A stretch of DNA of 64,000 nucleotides from an uncultured virus (IMG/VR IMGVR_UViG_3300023109_000016). Lineage: Duplodnaviria; Heunggongvirae; Uroviricota; Caudoviricetes. A program made the translations under genes and the position numbers. Positions 48,113 through 56,421 of this stretch are shown here, one piece after another (within the stretch, counting starts at the first letter, position 1; each line of letters opens with the position of its first letter). The stretch lies in the IMG/VR virus record IMGVR_UViG_3300023109_000016, one strand, 5' to 3'. The notes below the pieces were generated by a model. That model was given only the letters and a program-made list of their open reading frames with translations. It did no database searches and had not been told where the DNA came from.

Positions 48113-48145
48113 AATATATAGTGTGTATCTTCACCTATATAAAGT

Positions 48146-49396
48146 TTACTGTTCATTTGGCTCAGAAGCCTCTACCTGAACATTTTGACTGAAAAGGTTC
48201 TTTTTGAAAGTATCTACATTTTCAGGAGTAATCGTAATGTTTTGTTCCAACAATTTTAAAGCAATCAAGCAATCAACACCATCATAAAGCGTGTATTTAA
48301 AGAAGGCTTGAAGTTTTCCAAGTTCAGTAACTTGAATGTAGGTTTCTTGCCCTGTTGCTGATTGATTGTCATTATAACAAGTTAATCTTAAATCCCAAGT
48401 TTGAGTCGGTAGGATGTAAACAGGAGTTTGAACTCTGTCACTACAGGCATTGAATTGCTCTGTTAAAGGATAAGGGGCTACATTTCCGGGGATGCCATCT
48501 CTTGCAACGCCATCAGGGTCTTTAAAATATCCTGTAGTATTAACATAGAATTGCATATAGGCTCTGGGACCTCCTAAGGAATTTCTAATCTTACTCCCTC
48601 TATAGTCTTCTAAATCCCATGTCCCTCCTCCTTGAGCATTTCCGGGGAAAAAGGATGTGGGGGTGCATCCAAAATTCTCAACAACAATAAATTGTGATTC
48701 TTTAGTCATAGGCTTATTCTTTAATTTATTTCCCTTTTCAATAAATACTGAAAAGGATTCTCCTAATTGGACTACATTAGTATCTTGTGAAGTAAAGATA
48801 GGATTAATTTCAGTAACTGTATAAGCGGCTGAAAGATTATAAGGAGGGCCGGGTGAAATATATATGATATTACTTACTGAAAATCCAGAACCTCCTGAAA
48901 CGATGCTCGGTGTGCCACTCACCTCTCCTGTGGCAGTAACGGAAGAAACATTAAATGTAGCATCACCATTCCCACCCGCTACTGAATAATTTCCTGTTGA
49001 AAAATCAAAACCATATCCCAATGAAACTAATCCACCATTAGGTGGTGTAAGAGGAGGGGCTGGAATAATATAAGTTCCATTGCCATCTCCTCCTGCAATA
49101 CTGCCTGTATCACCAATAGCATATCCACTTCCGGGATTTACAACTTCTACAGTAGTGATGTCTCCAGAACCGCCTACGCTTGTGATATTTAAAGTTAATA
49201 CTGCGTTTCCACTACCTGTAGTTACTGTGGTAGTGGTAATTCCTGTAGAATATCCTAAACCAATACCAGTTATATTAACTTGATTTACGCTTGAAGTTAA
49301 ACCTGCAAGTGGGACAATAGTTTTAATTGACCCTGTTTGGGTTGAACCCTTTCCTCTTGCAAGGTCCCAATTCCATACTTGACTTCTCATTGCCAT
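48146..49396 (-). CDS. Capsid-protein paralogue with large Gly-rich insertion (putative spike or turret)
   Basis: MAMRSQVW.W start and FKYTLYDG.D.LIA.KLL end; insert of about 170 aa with GSGY-type repeats. Confidence 0.7.
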   Translation of the reverse strand: MAMRSQVWNWDLARGKGSTQTGSIKTIVPLAGLTSSVNQVNITGIGLGYSTGITTTTVTTGSGNAVLTLNITSVGGSGDITTVEVVNPGSGYAIGDTGSIAGGDGNGTYIIPAPPLTPPNGGLVSLGYGFDFSTGNYSVAGGNGDATFNVSSVTATGEVSGTPSIVSGGSGFSVSNIIYISPGPPYNLSAAYTVTEINPIFTSQDTNVVQLGESFSVFIEKGNKLKNKPMTKESQFIVVENFGCTPTSFFPGNAQGGGTWDLEDYRGSKIRNSLGGPRAYMQFYVNTTGYFKDPDGVARDGIPGNVAPYPLTEQFNACSDRVQTPVYILPTQTWDLRLTCYNDNQSATGQETYIQVTELGKLQAFFKYTLYDGVDCLIALKLLEQNITITPENVDTFKKNLFSQNVQVEASEPNEQ

Positions 49397-49397
49397 A

Positions 49398-50033
49398 TTA
49401 TCTTCCCCCTGTCATTGTTAAAGAGGCTACATTGTTAGCCAAAGCATTCATTTTATACCAATCTACATTGTTTTGATTAACGGGCAAATTTTGAGAAAGT
49501 AAAGAATTAGCAATTATGGCATCTACTCCGTCATAAAGAGTGTAAAAAATCATAACTCCTACAGTTCCTCCTTCATTACCCTTACCGCCCGACATTCCTT
49601 GCATAGACTTGTATTCAAAAGAGAATTTTTGTCCGGGCAAAATATAAAGAGGAGGGTCTAATTTATATGAAGACATAGAAACAGAAGAGCCTGTGCCTCC
49701 TTGATTATTTGAATACGGAGAAGCACCGCAAGGGTAAGGGCTTGCTGATGCAGGAATGCCATCGGCAGGAAGGCCATCTGGGTTTTGATAATATGCTGTA
49801 GTATTCACAGTAATTTGAAGAAAACTTTGATTTGTAGGAGTAATTCCAATATCTTCAATAACGACAAATTCATTAGGTTTTGCTTTGGCAGGAATCGTGG
49901 TTTGATTACCTACGCTTCCAGTAAATACATCATAAGAAGCACCTGCATCAATAGTTTGAGGCGTTGCATTCACGCTTCTTGAAGTTGAAGAGCCTAAGTT
50001 AGACCATTCCCATGCTTGGATTCTAACACCCAT
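49398..50033 (-). CDS. Capsid-protein paralogue (putative minor capsid protein)
   Basis: FVVIEDIG, VNTT.Y..NPD, YILPGQ, YTLYDG.DAIIAN, NVDWYK. Confidence 0.7.
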   Translation of the reverse strand: MGVRIQAWEWSNLGSSTSRSVNATPQTIDAGASYDVFTGSVGNQTTIPAKAKPNEFVVIEDIGITPTNQSFLQITVNTTAYYQNPDGLPADGIPASASPYPCGASPYSNNQGGTGSSVSMSSYKLDPPLYILPGQKFSFEYKSMQGMSGGKGNEGGTVGVMIFYTLYDGVDAIIANSLLSQNLPVNQNNVDWYKMNALANNVASLTMTGGR

Positions 50034-50082
50034 AGGTTTAAAAGTGTTGCACGACTATTTAATACTTATTAAAATTTTAAAT

Positions 50083-50158
50083 AAAAAAAAACCCCTCCTG
50101 AACCCACCCGAAGATGAGAACAAAAGGGGGAAACCCTGCTCCCTAAGGAGCAAGGGTT
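50083..50158 (-). terminator. Double hairpin plus U-tract after putative major capsid genes
   Basis: AACCCUUGCUCC-UUAG-GGAGCAGGGUU, then CCCC...cUUCGg...GGGG-U9; G-U pairs fit the minus strand. Confidence 0.85.
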
Positions 50159-50189
50159 ATTGGAATCTTAACTAACCTCTTTAAGAGCC

Positions 50190-50795
50190 TCAAACGGTTG
50201 CCGAAGCACCGCTGATGAGAGTTCTCTTATACCAGTCTACATTGCCGGGGTTGACGCTAATGCCCATCTCCAACAGTTTGTTAGCGATTAGAGCGTCTGG
50301 ACCATCGTAAAGGGTATACTTAACGAATGCTTGGTGTGTGCCAGCAGTTGTTGAACCCTCGTAGTGGGTGTAAAGAGCATCCCAAGTTTGACCGGGTAGG
50401 ACATATACATCAGGGTATAGGTTGAAAGATGGTTGGTTGCTGATGGTCCTTGGGTAAGGAGCCGCAGTTCCCGAAATACCATCGTTTCCGATGTTGTCTG
50501 GGTCAAGGAAGTAATCAGTTGTGTTGATTCTTACTTGGATGTATGCTCTTGGTCCACTAAACCAGTTGGTTACAGATGTTCCGACAAACAAATCGGTTGC
50601 GGTGCATCCAATGTCTTCAATAACCACGAACTGAGTAGCGGTGGTCTCGGCTGGCTTGGTGATGTTGTTACCTACGCCACCAATGAAGATGGAGTAAGGT
50701 CTTGCGGTAGCAAGAGTGTTTCCTGCACCAACTGCACTTCCACCAAAGCCACTTCTGGTTGCATCCCATTCATAGACTTGACTTCTCATTGCCAT
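50190..50795 (-). CDS. Putative major capsid protein 2
   Basis: MAMRSQVYEW; near-identical blocks with the upstream gene; C-ending codon bias; strong 3' structure. Confidence 0.65.
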   Translation of the reverse strand: MAMRSQVYEWDATRSGFGGSAVGAGNTLATARPYSIFIGGVGNNITKPAETTATQFVVIEDIGCTATDLFVGTSVTNWFSGPRAYIQVRINTTDYFLDPDNIGNDGISGTAAPYPRTISNQPSFNLYPDVYVLPGQTWDALYTHYEGSTTAGTHQAFVKYTLYDGPDALIANKLLEMGISVNPGNVDWYKRTLISGASATV

Positions 50796-51442
50796 TAAGC
50801 AACACCTCCGTTTGTAGCAGGAGCAGACGCTTGCTCAATCAGAGTTCTCTTATACCAATCAACATTGTTTGGGTTGACGGTAACACCGAGTTCCAATAGT
50901 TTGTTTGCAATTAGTGCATCTGGACCATCGTAAAGGGTATACTTGACGAAACAAGCAACACCAGTAGTTCCACCACCTGACGAACTTGAGCCCTCTACAT
51001 CCGTTTGACAGGAGTAAAGGACACCCCATGTTTGTCCCGGAAGGACATAAACATCAGGATATAGGTTAAAGGAAGATAGAACATAGTTCGTTCCAGTTGG
51101 AGACCCAGCGGAATCAGCACCTACAGGGTAGGGGCTTGCGAGACCGGGGATACCATCTTGCTTTGTTACATCGGGATTTTGGAAGTAATCCGTTGTGTTA
51201 ATTCTAACTTGGACCGCACTACCATTCTGAGGGGAAGAAGAAATATCTTCAATGACCACGAACTGAGTAGCGGTGGTCTCGGCTGGCTTAGTAATGTTGT
51301 TACCAAATCCGCCGATGAAGATATCATATTCCCTACCAGAAGTTAGCCCAACAGGAGCGCAGTTTGCCGCTCTCCTAATTGTGCTGTTATTTCCAACAGT
51401 AGCGAGGTTTGCCCATTCATATACTTGACTTCTCATTGCCAT
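50795..51442 (-). CDS. Putative major capsid protein 1
   Basis: MAMRSQVYEW...GNNITKPAETTATQFVVIEDI...FVKYTLYDGPDALIANKLLE; leader with GAGGTGA SD and TTTAAGTAG promoter. Confidence 0.65.
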   Translation of the reverse strand: MAMRSQVYEWANLATVGNNSTIRRAANCAPVGLTSGREYDIFIGGFGNNITKPAETTATQFVVIEDISSSPQNGSAVQVRINTTDYFQNPDVTKQDGIPGLASPYPVGADSAGSPTGTNYVLSSFNLYPDVYVLPGQTWGVLYSCQTDVEGSSSSGGGTTGVACFVKYTLYDGPDALIANKLLELGVTVNPNNVDWYKRTLIEQASAPATNGGVA

Positions 51443-51518
51443 ATTTTGTTCACCTCAATATTTTATCGTAGTCCCTTAGGACTTATTATATAGTTTGTAT
51501 TTATTACTACTTAAACCT

Positions 51519-52292
51519 TTAGGTTTTATTAAAAGGAGAAGAATTCCAATTCATAAATGGTTTTGAAATCTTTCTTGGTTGCCAAATTGTTGAGAACCAT
51601 TGATAAGGAGTTAAATCAGATAGGAGTTTTTTGGAAAGGCTATCGTTATCATAAATTTCTTCCACCCATTTTTTATACCTTACGAATTGCCACTTAATCC
51701 AAGACCACTCCTCATAATCATCATAAGGAACAGGATATCCAAAATATCCTAACAATAATATATCCTGCATTCTTAAATTTACATGAGGATTTTCTCTCCC
51801 ATCCCACTTCCTATCATATTTTTCTTCCCAAACTTGAACACAGATGTTATTCATTTTGATTTTTATTTCTGTAATCATTTCAAGTTCTTCATCATCACCA
51901 GAAAAATATGCCATGCCATCATAAAGCATACTGTTAAAAGCCTTAAGGAAAAAAACATCATACAAATGAATTTCCTTTAAAGATATTGAATAATCAGAAA
52001 TTCTATCTCTCCCATCCTCCTCTAACTTCATTGGAAGATTATTGTAAAGATATTTATCAAACCATTCCTTCTTTATTTCTAAGGGGATTTTGAGTTTGGC
52101 ATAATTTCCCAATTCTACATCATCTTCAATTTCTTTAACAGAATAAGAATCGTATATTGGTTTTACAAAAGGAGGAAGTGTAAAATTTAGGTTTTGATAA
52201 TTATTGAAATAATAGTAAATAACTTCATCACTCATTTCTTCCCTTACTTTTAAGAAAATATCTTTCCAAGCAGGGTGAATCCAAAAAGCCAT
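51519..52292 (-). CDS. Hypothetical protein with C-terminal FMNW tag
   Basis: Ends PFMNWNSSPFNKT; TTTAAATAGTCG promoter. Confidence 0.8.
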   Translation of the reverse strand: MAFWIHPAWKDIFLKVREEMSDEVIYYYFNNYQNLNFTLPPFVKPIYDSYSVKEIEDDVELGNYAKLKIPLEIKKEWFDKYLYNNLPMKLEEDGRDRISDYSISLKEIHLYDVFFLKAFNSMLYDGMAYFSGDDEELEMITEIKIKMNNICVQVWEEKYDRKWDGRENPHVNLRMQDILLLGYFGYPVPYDDYEEWSWIKWQFVRYKKWVEEIYDNDSLSKKLLSDLTPYQWFSTIWQPRKISKPFMNWNSSPFNKT

Positions 52293-52333
52293 AAATAATA
52301 ATCGCTTAACGACTATTTAAAGTTTTATAAATT

Positions 52334-52392
52334 AAAAAAACCCCTCACCTACTAAAGGCAAGGGGCATCCTCGCTCCCGAAGGAGTAAGGTT
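52334..52392 (-). terminator. Double hairpin plus U-tract after membrane protein operon
   Basis: CCUUACUCC-UUCG-GGAGCGAGG, then CCCCUUGCCU/AGGUGAGGGG-U7; homologous to 50083..50158. Confidence 0.85.
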
Positions 52393-52421
52393 AATTGATT
52401 CTGATAATATTTCCGTTAGCC

Positions 52422-52676
52422 TCAAACAAGGGCAGGACCGTAAACATCGTCTCTAACTCTTAGGAGGTCAGCACCGCTTAGGAGCATTCCTGCACCAAGA
52501 GATAGCGGAACAAGACCCATCAGAGCAAGAGGAGTGATGTTTAGATTTAGGACAGGAAGAGTAAATAGGTCTGTGTTGACCCAAGAACCTGCAATACCTG
52601 CATAACCTACCGTAGTAAGACCGACTACGACCATAGAAGCCGCAATTACAATTCTCATTACATCCATTTCATTCAC
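52422..52676 (-). CDS. Small 2-TM membrane protein (putative major virion membrane protein)
   Basis: Two TMs; high-expression-like codons; strong 3' structure. Confidence 0.75.
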   Translation of the reverse strand: MNEMDVMRIVIAASMVVVGLTTVGYAGIAGSWVNTDLFTLPVLNLNITPLALMGLVPLSLGAGMLLSGADLLRVRDDVYGPALV

Positions 52677-52930
52677 CTCATATTCCTACAAGCACCAACG
52701 ACACAGACACCACTAACAAGTAGACCGAGACCTACGAGTTGTTGTGCGCCTACCGTCATTCCACCAACGCTCATAGAGAACGCTGGAAGGAAGCCGAGAA
52801 CAGGTTGTGCTTCCGTTAGCATAAGGTGAAGACCACCCACTACACTAAGCAGACCTGCTACACATTGTCCTTTGTTGCCTGAAAACCAATAACACATTTT
52901 ATCATACATTTTTTTCACCTTATTGTCCAA
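52673..52930 (-). CDS. Small 2-TM membrane protein
   Basis: Two TMs; layout similar to the downstream gene. Confidence 0.75.
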   Translation of the reverse strand: MDNKVKKMYDKMCYWFSGNKGQCVAGLLSVVGGLHLMLTEAQPVLGFLPAFSMSVGGMTVGAQQLVGLGLLVSGVCVVGACRNMR

Positions 52931-53675
52931 TTACACTCCCTAATCCTTCTGCACCCGCAACCATGTTGCCGAGTGTAGCCTTTCTTGGGGAGAACATCAT
53001 TTCTTCAGCAGAGCCATACCATTGGTCAACTCCACCCATTGGAGAAGAGGGAGCCATGATATCATTTCTTTCAGCAACTGCCCAAGGATTCGCAACTCTG
53101 GAAGCACCAGAAGCCCACGAAGGAGCCGAATCCATCATTTTTGCAGGGTTGTAATTTTCGGGTCTGGATTCTTCAAGAGTTGGAACGCCTTCTTCAGCAT
53201 TTTTCCAATTCCAAACATATCCTTGATTGGCATCACCATCATCTTCAGCCGCTTGACCGACAGTTCTGCCAGTATATTCCTGTCCAATGACTCTGCCGTC
53301 ATCAGCATCAGGAAGACCCATCATATCTTCAGCACCGAGGCCAAAGGAAGGAAGTCCAATCTCTGAAAGAAGCCTTCCAAGACCAATACCACCGACAACA
53401 ACGCCAGTTACTTGAGTAAGACTTCTAAGAGCAGGTTCTGCGACTCTGCCAGATAGACCGAATCCATAAAGACCTGCACCTGCAAGGAAAATAGCACCAG
53501 AGGATGCAAACCTTCCAACAGTTCCACTAAAACTTAATACGGAAGATAAGAATCCTCCAACCATTGCACCAGCAATAATACCACCCACACCGCCAATGAA
53601 TTGAGCATCCATTGCAGTATCAAGAGCATCCATGCCTGTATCATAAATATCTTCCATCAGTTCCATTTGTTTCAC
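52920..53675 (-). CDS. 3-TM Gly-rich membrane protein with AE-linked C-terminal modules
   Basis: Three Gly-rich TMs, then LGAED.., QAAED, KNAEE, GSAEE, AGAEG; likely ATG at 53666. Confidence 0.8.
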   Translation of the reverse strand: MKQMELMEDIYDTGMDALDTAMDAQFIGGVGGIIAGAMVGGFLSSVLSFSGTVGRFASSGAIFLAGAGLYGFGLSGRVAEPALRSLTQVTGVVVGGIGLGRLLSEIGLPSFGLGAEDMMGLPDADDGRVIGQEYTGRTVGQAAEDDGDANQGYVWNWKNAEEGVPTLEESRPENYNPAKMMDSAPSWASGASRVANPWAVAERNDIMAPSSPMGGVDQWYGSAEEMMFSPRKATLGNMVAGAEGLGSVIGQ

Positions 53676-53717
53676 CTATTATTCCATGTTTACTTTCTGC
53701 TACTTAAAGATAACGAT

Positions 53718-54107
53718 TCAAAATTTTCTCCTTTGAGCCAAATTAATTTGACCAAGCCCCTTTACCTGAGGAATGGCGTTTGTCCCTATGGGAGCCTCAA
53801 AAGGATACGACTTAGGAGTATTCCTAAGAATATCATTGCTACTCATCGTGATAGGTGCAGGAACCATAGTATCTGCATGGTGAACTCCATCAATCCAAGC
53901 AACCTTTTGATTGGTTGCCGTTGGCTTTGCAAGAGGGTTGGTGTGTGCTACACCTACCTTTTGCCCCATGATTTGTTCAGCCGACCTAACTGTGTTAGGG
54001 ATAGCGTGTAATTCATAAGATTGCCCTAAATTAGAAACAACTCCATGCATGGCGTTTTCCATAGGGCTTCTTTTAATCGTGTTTTGAATCGCTAAATCCA
54101 AGTTCAT
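53718..54107 (-). CDS. Hypothetical protein
   Basis: 129 aa; TTTAAGTATC promoter. Confidence 0.7.
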   Translation of the reverse strand: MNLDLAIQNTIKRSPMENAMHGVVSNLGQSYELHAIPNTVRSAEQIMGQKVGVAHTNPLAKPTATNQKVAWIDGVHHADTMVPAPITMSSNDILRNTPKSYPFEAPIGTNAIPQVKGLGQINLAQRRKF

Positions 54108-54146
54108 AATAGAGTGTTATCTATTTTGATACTTAAAGATTTTGTT

Positions 54147-54608
54147 TTACTTCTGCCTATATCCTGTGAAAAAGTTTGCAAGACTCTCAGGTTTTTTAAT
54201 GGCTTGGATGGCTTTTCCTGTCAAAGCCTTTTGATTTTTAACCTCTCCTACATAATAGGTGTGCAATCCGCCCTCTCTAACAACCACATTGTCTTTGACC
54301 ATTTTTCTTACTTCATTCAAAAAGTGTGTTGAAAAAGCCCCATTATTTAAGTAAACCATTTCAGACATAACCATTACATTTTTATATACCATGAAAACAA
54401 CCCAAAAAAGTTGATGTTTTTTACTTTTTTTGTATAAGTTAGGGCTACTAAAAATTAAATTCACCCTTTTTTCATAAACTCCATAACCTGTCGCCATGTC
54501 CCAATCTTTATCTTCTTGGAATTCGGTTTGAGTATGCCATTTATTATCATAATAATATTTAGGGAGAGTTTTAGGCAAAATGTTTGCATAAGTAATTTCT
54601 CCAGACAT
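54147..54608 (-). CDS. Hypothetical protein (D.KW.T.EF paralogue family)
   Basis: YYYDNKWHTQTEF. Confidence 0.7.
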   Translation of the reverse strand: MSGEITYANILPKTLPKYYYDNKWHTQTEFQEDKDWDMATGYGVYEKRVNLIFSSPNLYKKSKKHQLFWVVFMVYKNVMVMSEMVYLNNGAFSTHFLNEVRKMVKDNVVVREGGLHTYYVGEVKNQKALTGKAIQAIKKPESLANFFTGYRQK

Positions 54609-55066
54609 TAGAACTCAATCCCCTTTACACTTCCCTCATATATTTTAATAATCCTTTTTTTGACTTCTGAGATTTTATCTGCCTTTCCAATCCATAATCT
54701 ATCGCCATATTGAAACATTTGCAAGTCTTGGTCTCCAAGTAATCTTTTAGCCGCATCGTTTTCCTTAGGATTAAAAACGGGAATGGTATCGGATTCATCA
54801 ATTAAATATAAGTTAGCCATATCTAAAAATTCAGGATTTCCTACACTATCATAGATTATTTGAACTTCAATACCCAATAAAGAATATTTTTTATCGGAAG
54901 TTAGTTTACTGCTTACAACAATAAATACATTTTCAGCACTAAATTCCCAATCCATAAATTTGTTAAATGCTCCAGTATATTCAATCATAAAATCTTCAGC
55001 ATTATACCACTTACCATCTTTAAAAGAATAAAATTCAGAATAGTCTGTTGGTAAAAGGTTGCCCAC
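54608..55066 (-). CDS. Hypothetical protein (D.KW.T.EF paralogue family)
   Basis: YSFKDGKWYNAEDF. Confidence 0.7.
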   Translation of the reverse strand: MGNLLPTDYSEFYSFKDGKWYNAEDFMIEYTGAFNKFMDWEFSAENVFIVVSSKLTSDKKYSLLGIEVQIIYDSVGNPEFLDMANLYLIDESDTIPVFNPKENDAAKRLLGDQDLQMFQYGDRLWIGKADKISEVKKRIIKIYEGSVKGIEF

Positions 55067-55067
55067 A

Positions 55068-55601
55068 TCACATCCCTCCTATTTTGTTAGATTTAGATTT
55101 AGGCTTTCTTTCAGTAATAACATACCTAACATCGTTTAACATATCTGGATAATTAATAACATCTCCTGCATAAGTATAATAAAATTTCCCTTGGTTAGCC
55201 CCTTCTTGCAAGATATCCAAATGACTTAAAAGTTCTGGGAAATAGGATTCAGCCTCTTCTGTTAAATCATCAATATTATTGATGGGTTTTACAGGATATC
55301 CATACCATGTAATTCCTAAAACTTCAATCCATGTTCCTAAATAAGTATCTTCAATGTAATATCCATAAACCCCCATAAGATGTTCCCAACCGGGGTTTCT
55401 AATTTCAGGGTGTTGAGTTACAAAAAACATTAAAAAGAAATCTCCTCCATCTCCCATGATTTGCTCGTAAAGAGTATCATAATAAGGATTCTCAGACATT
55501 TGTTGCTCCCATTCTTCCTTAGTAAGCCACTTTTTAGAAAAGGCATCGTGATAGATGACTTCTGCATCTTCAGGAATTTCTATTTCATTGTTGTTTGACA
55601 A
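55068..55601 (-). CDS. Hypothetical protein (D.KW.T.EF paralogue family)
   Basis: YHDAFSKKWLTKEEW. Confidence 0.7.
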   Translation of the reverse strand: MSNNNEIEIPEDAEVIYHDAFSKKWLTKEEWEQQMSENPYYDTLYEQIMGDGGDFFLMFFVTQHPEIRNPGWEHLMGVYGYYIEDTYLGTWIEVLGITWYGYPVKPINNIDDLTEEAESYFPELLSHLDILQEGANQGKFYYTYAGDVINYPDMLNDVRYVITERKPKSKSNKIGGM

Positions 55602-55606
55602 TTAAA

Positions 55607-56383
55607 TCACCTTACCCTTTTCCTCATAAGGTAAGGAACAAGAACTGATAATCCTGCAATTCCACCAAGCATGGCAATAGGAATTTCTTTCTTTTCTTTT
55701 GGAGTTAAAGATTCTAATTTCCCTTCTGCTTGCTTTAAAGTAGCAATTACTTTATCAATTCCATCAGGGTTTTCAGGAATATAATCTACAATATTTTGAA
55801 TTTTCGCTCTTTCAACTAAATATCTGGTATCTTCCAATGAAGTATTGTTGAAATTATCCTTACTCCAAGCAGAGGCTCCAATAGAAATTTGCCAAGGTTT
55901 ATAATCATGTCCCTGAGCCTTGAATTTTGCCAAAATTCTTGAAAGGCTTCTTCTTCCGATTTCGTCATCAAATAACCATTCTTCATAATCAGATAAATCC
56001 ATTGTAGAAATAGCCTCCATTTTTTGAATCTCAACCATATCTTCTGCTTCCATTACCTTTTTGCTTTGTTCCGCAGTAAAACAAGTGAAGCATTCGCTAT
56101 TTTTAACCATTGAACCTTTATCTTTCTTGGAATGAATATAGGAATCACACTTTGGGCATTGGTCTGGCAACAGAGAATCTGCTTGTTGCAATAATTTTTC
56201 TTGTTCTGCGTGAAATTCCTTCAAAGCAGTTAAAAATTCAGATTCTGCATCTCTTTTTTCAGCAATAAGTTCCGATGTTTCTTGAGCCATATATAATGAT
56301 TGTTCAACTTCTTCAGATTCTAATTCTTCAGAAGAATACATCAACTCTTCTAAAGATTTAGAATGATTGCTCTCTTCAGACAT
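55607..56383 (-). CDS. AE-linker protein with CxxC..CxxC module and C-terminal TM
   Basis: RDAES, FHAE, CPKC..CFTC, FTAE, MEAE; TM. Confidence 0.8.
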   Translation of the reverse strand: MSEESNHSKSLEELMYSSEELESEEVEQSLYMAQETSELIAEKRDAESEFLTALKEFHAEQEKLLQQADSLLPDQCPKCDSYIHSKKDKGSMVKNSECFTCFTAEQSKKVMEAEDMVEIQKMEAISTMDLSDYEEWLFDDEIGRRSLSRILAKFKAQGHDYKPWQISIGASAWSKDNFNNTSLEDTRYLVERAKIQNIVDYIPENPDGIDKVIATLKQAEGKLESLTPKEKKEIPIAMLGGIAGLSVLVPYLMRKRVR

Positions 56384-56421
56384 AATCTTTTTTTAACCGC
56401 ACCGCTATTTAAAACTTTGGA

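Noticed and set aside
50160..50192. UGA recoding (selenocysteine or readthrough) at the conserved TGA-GGCT plus hairpins
   Set aside because: An in-frame TAA follows within 2-3 codons here and at 52422, so readthrough would add almost nothing.
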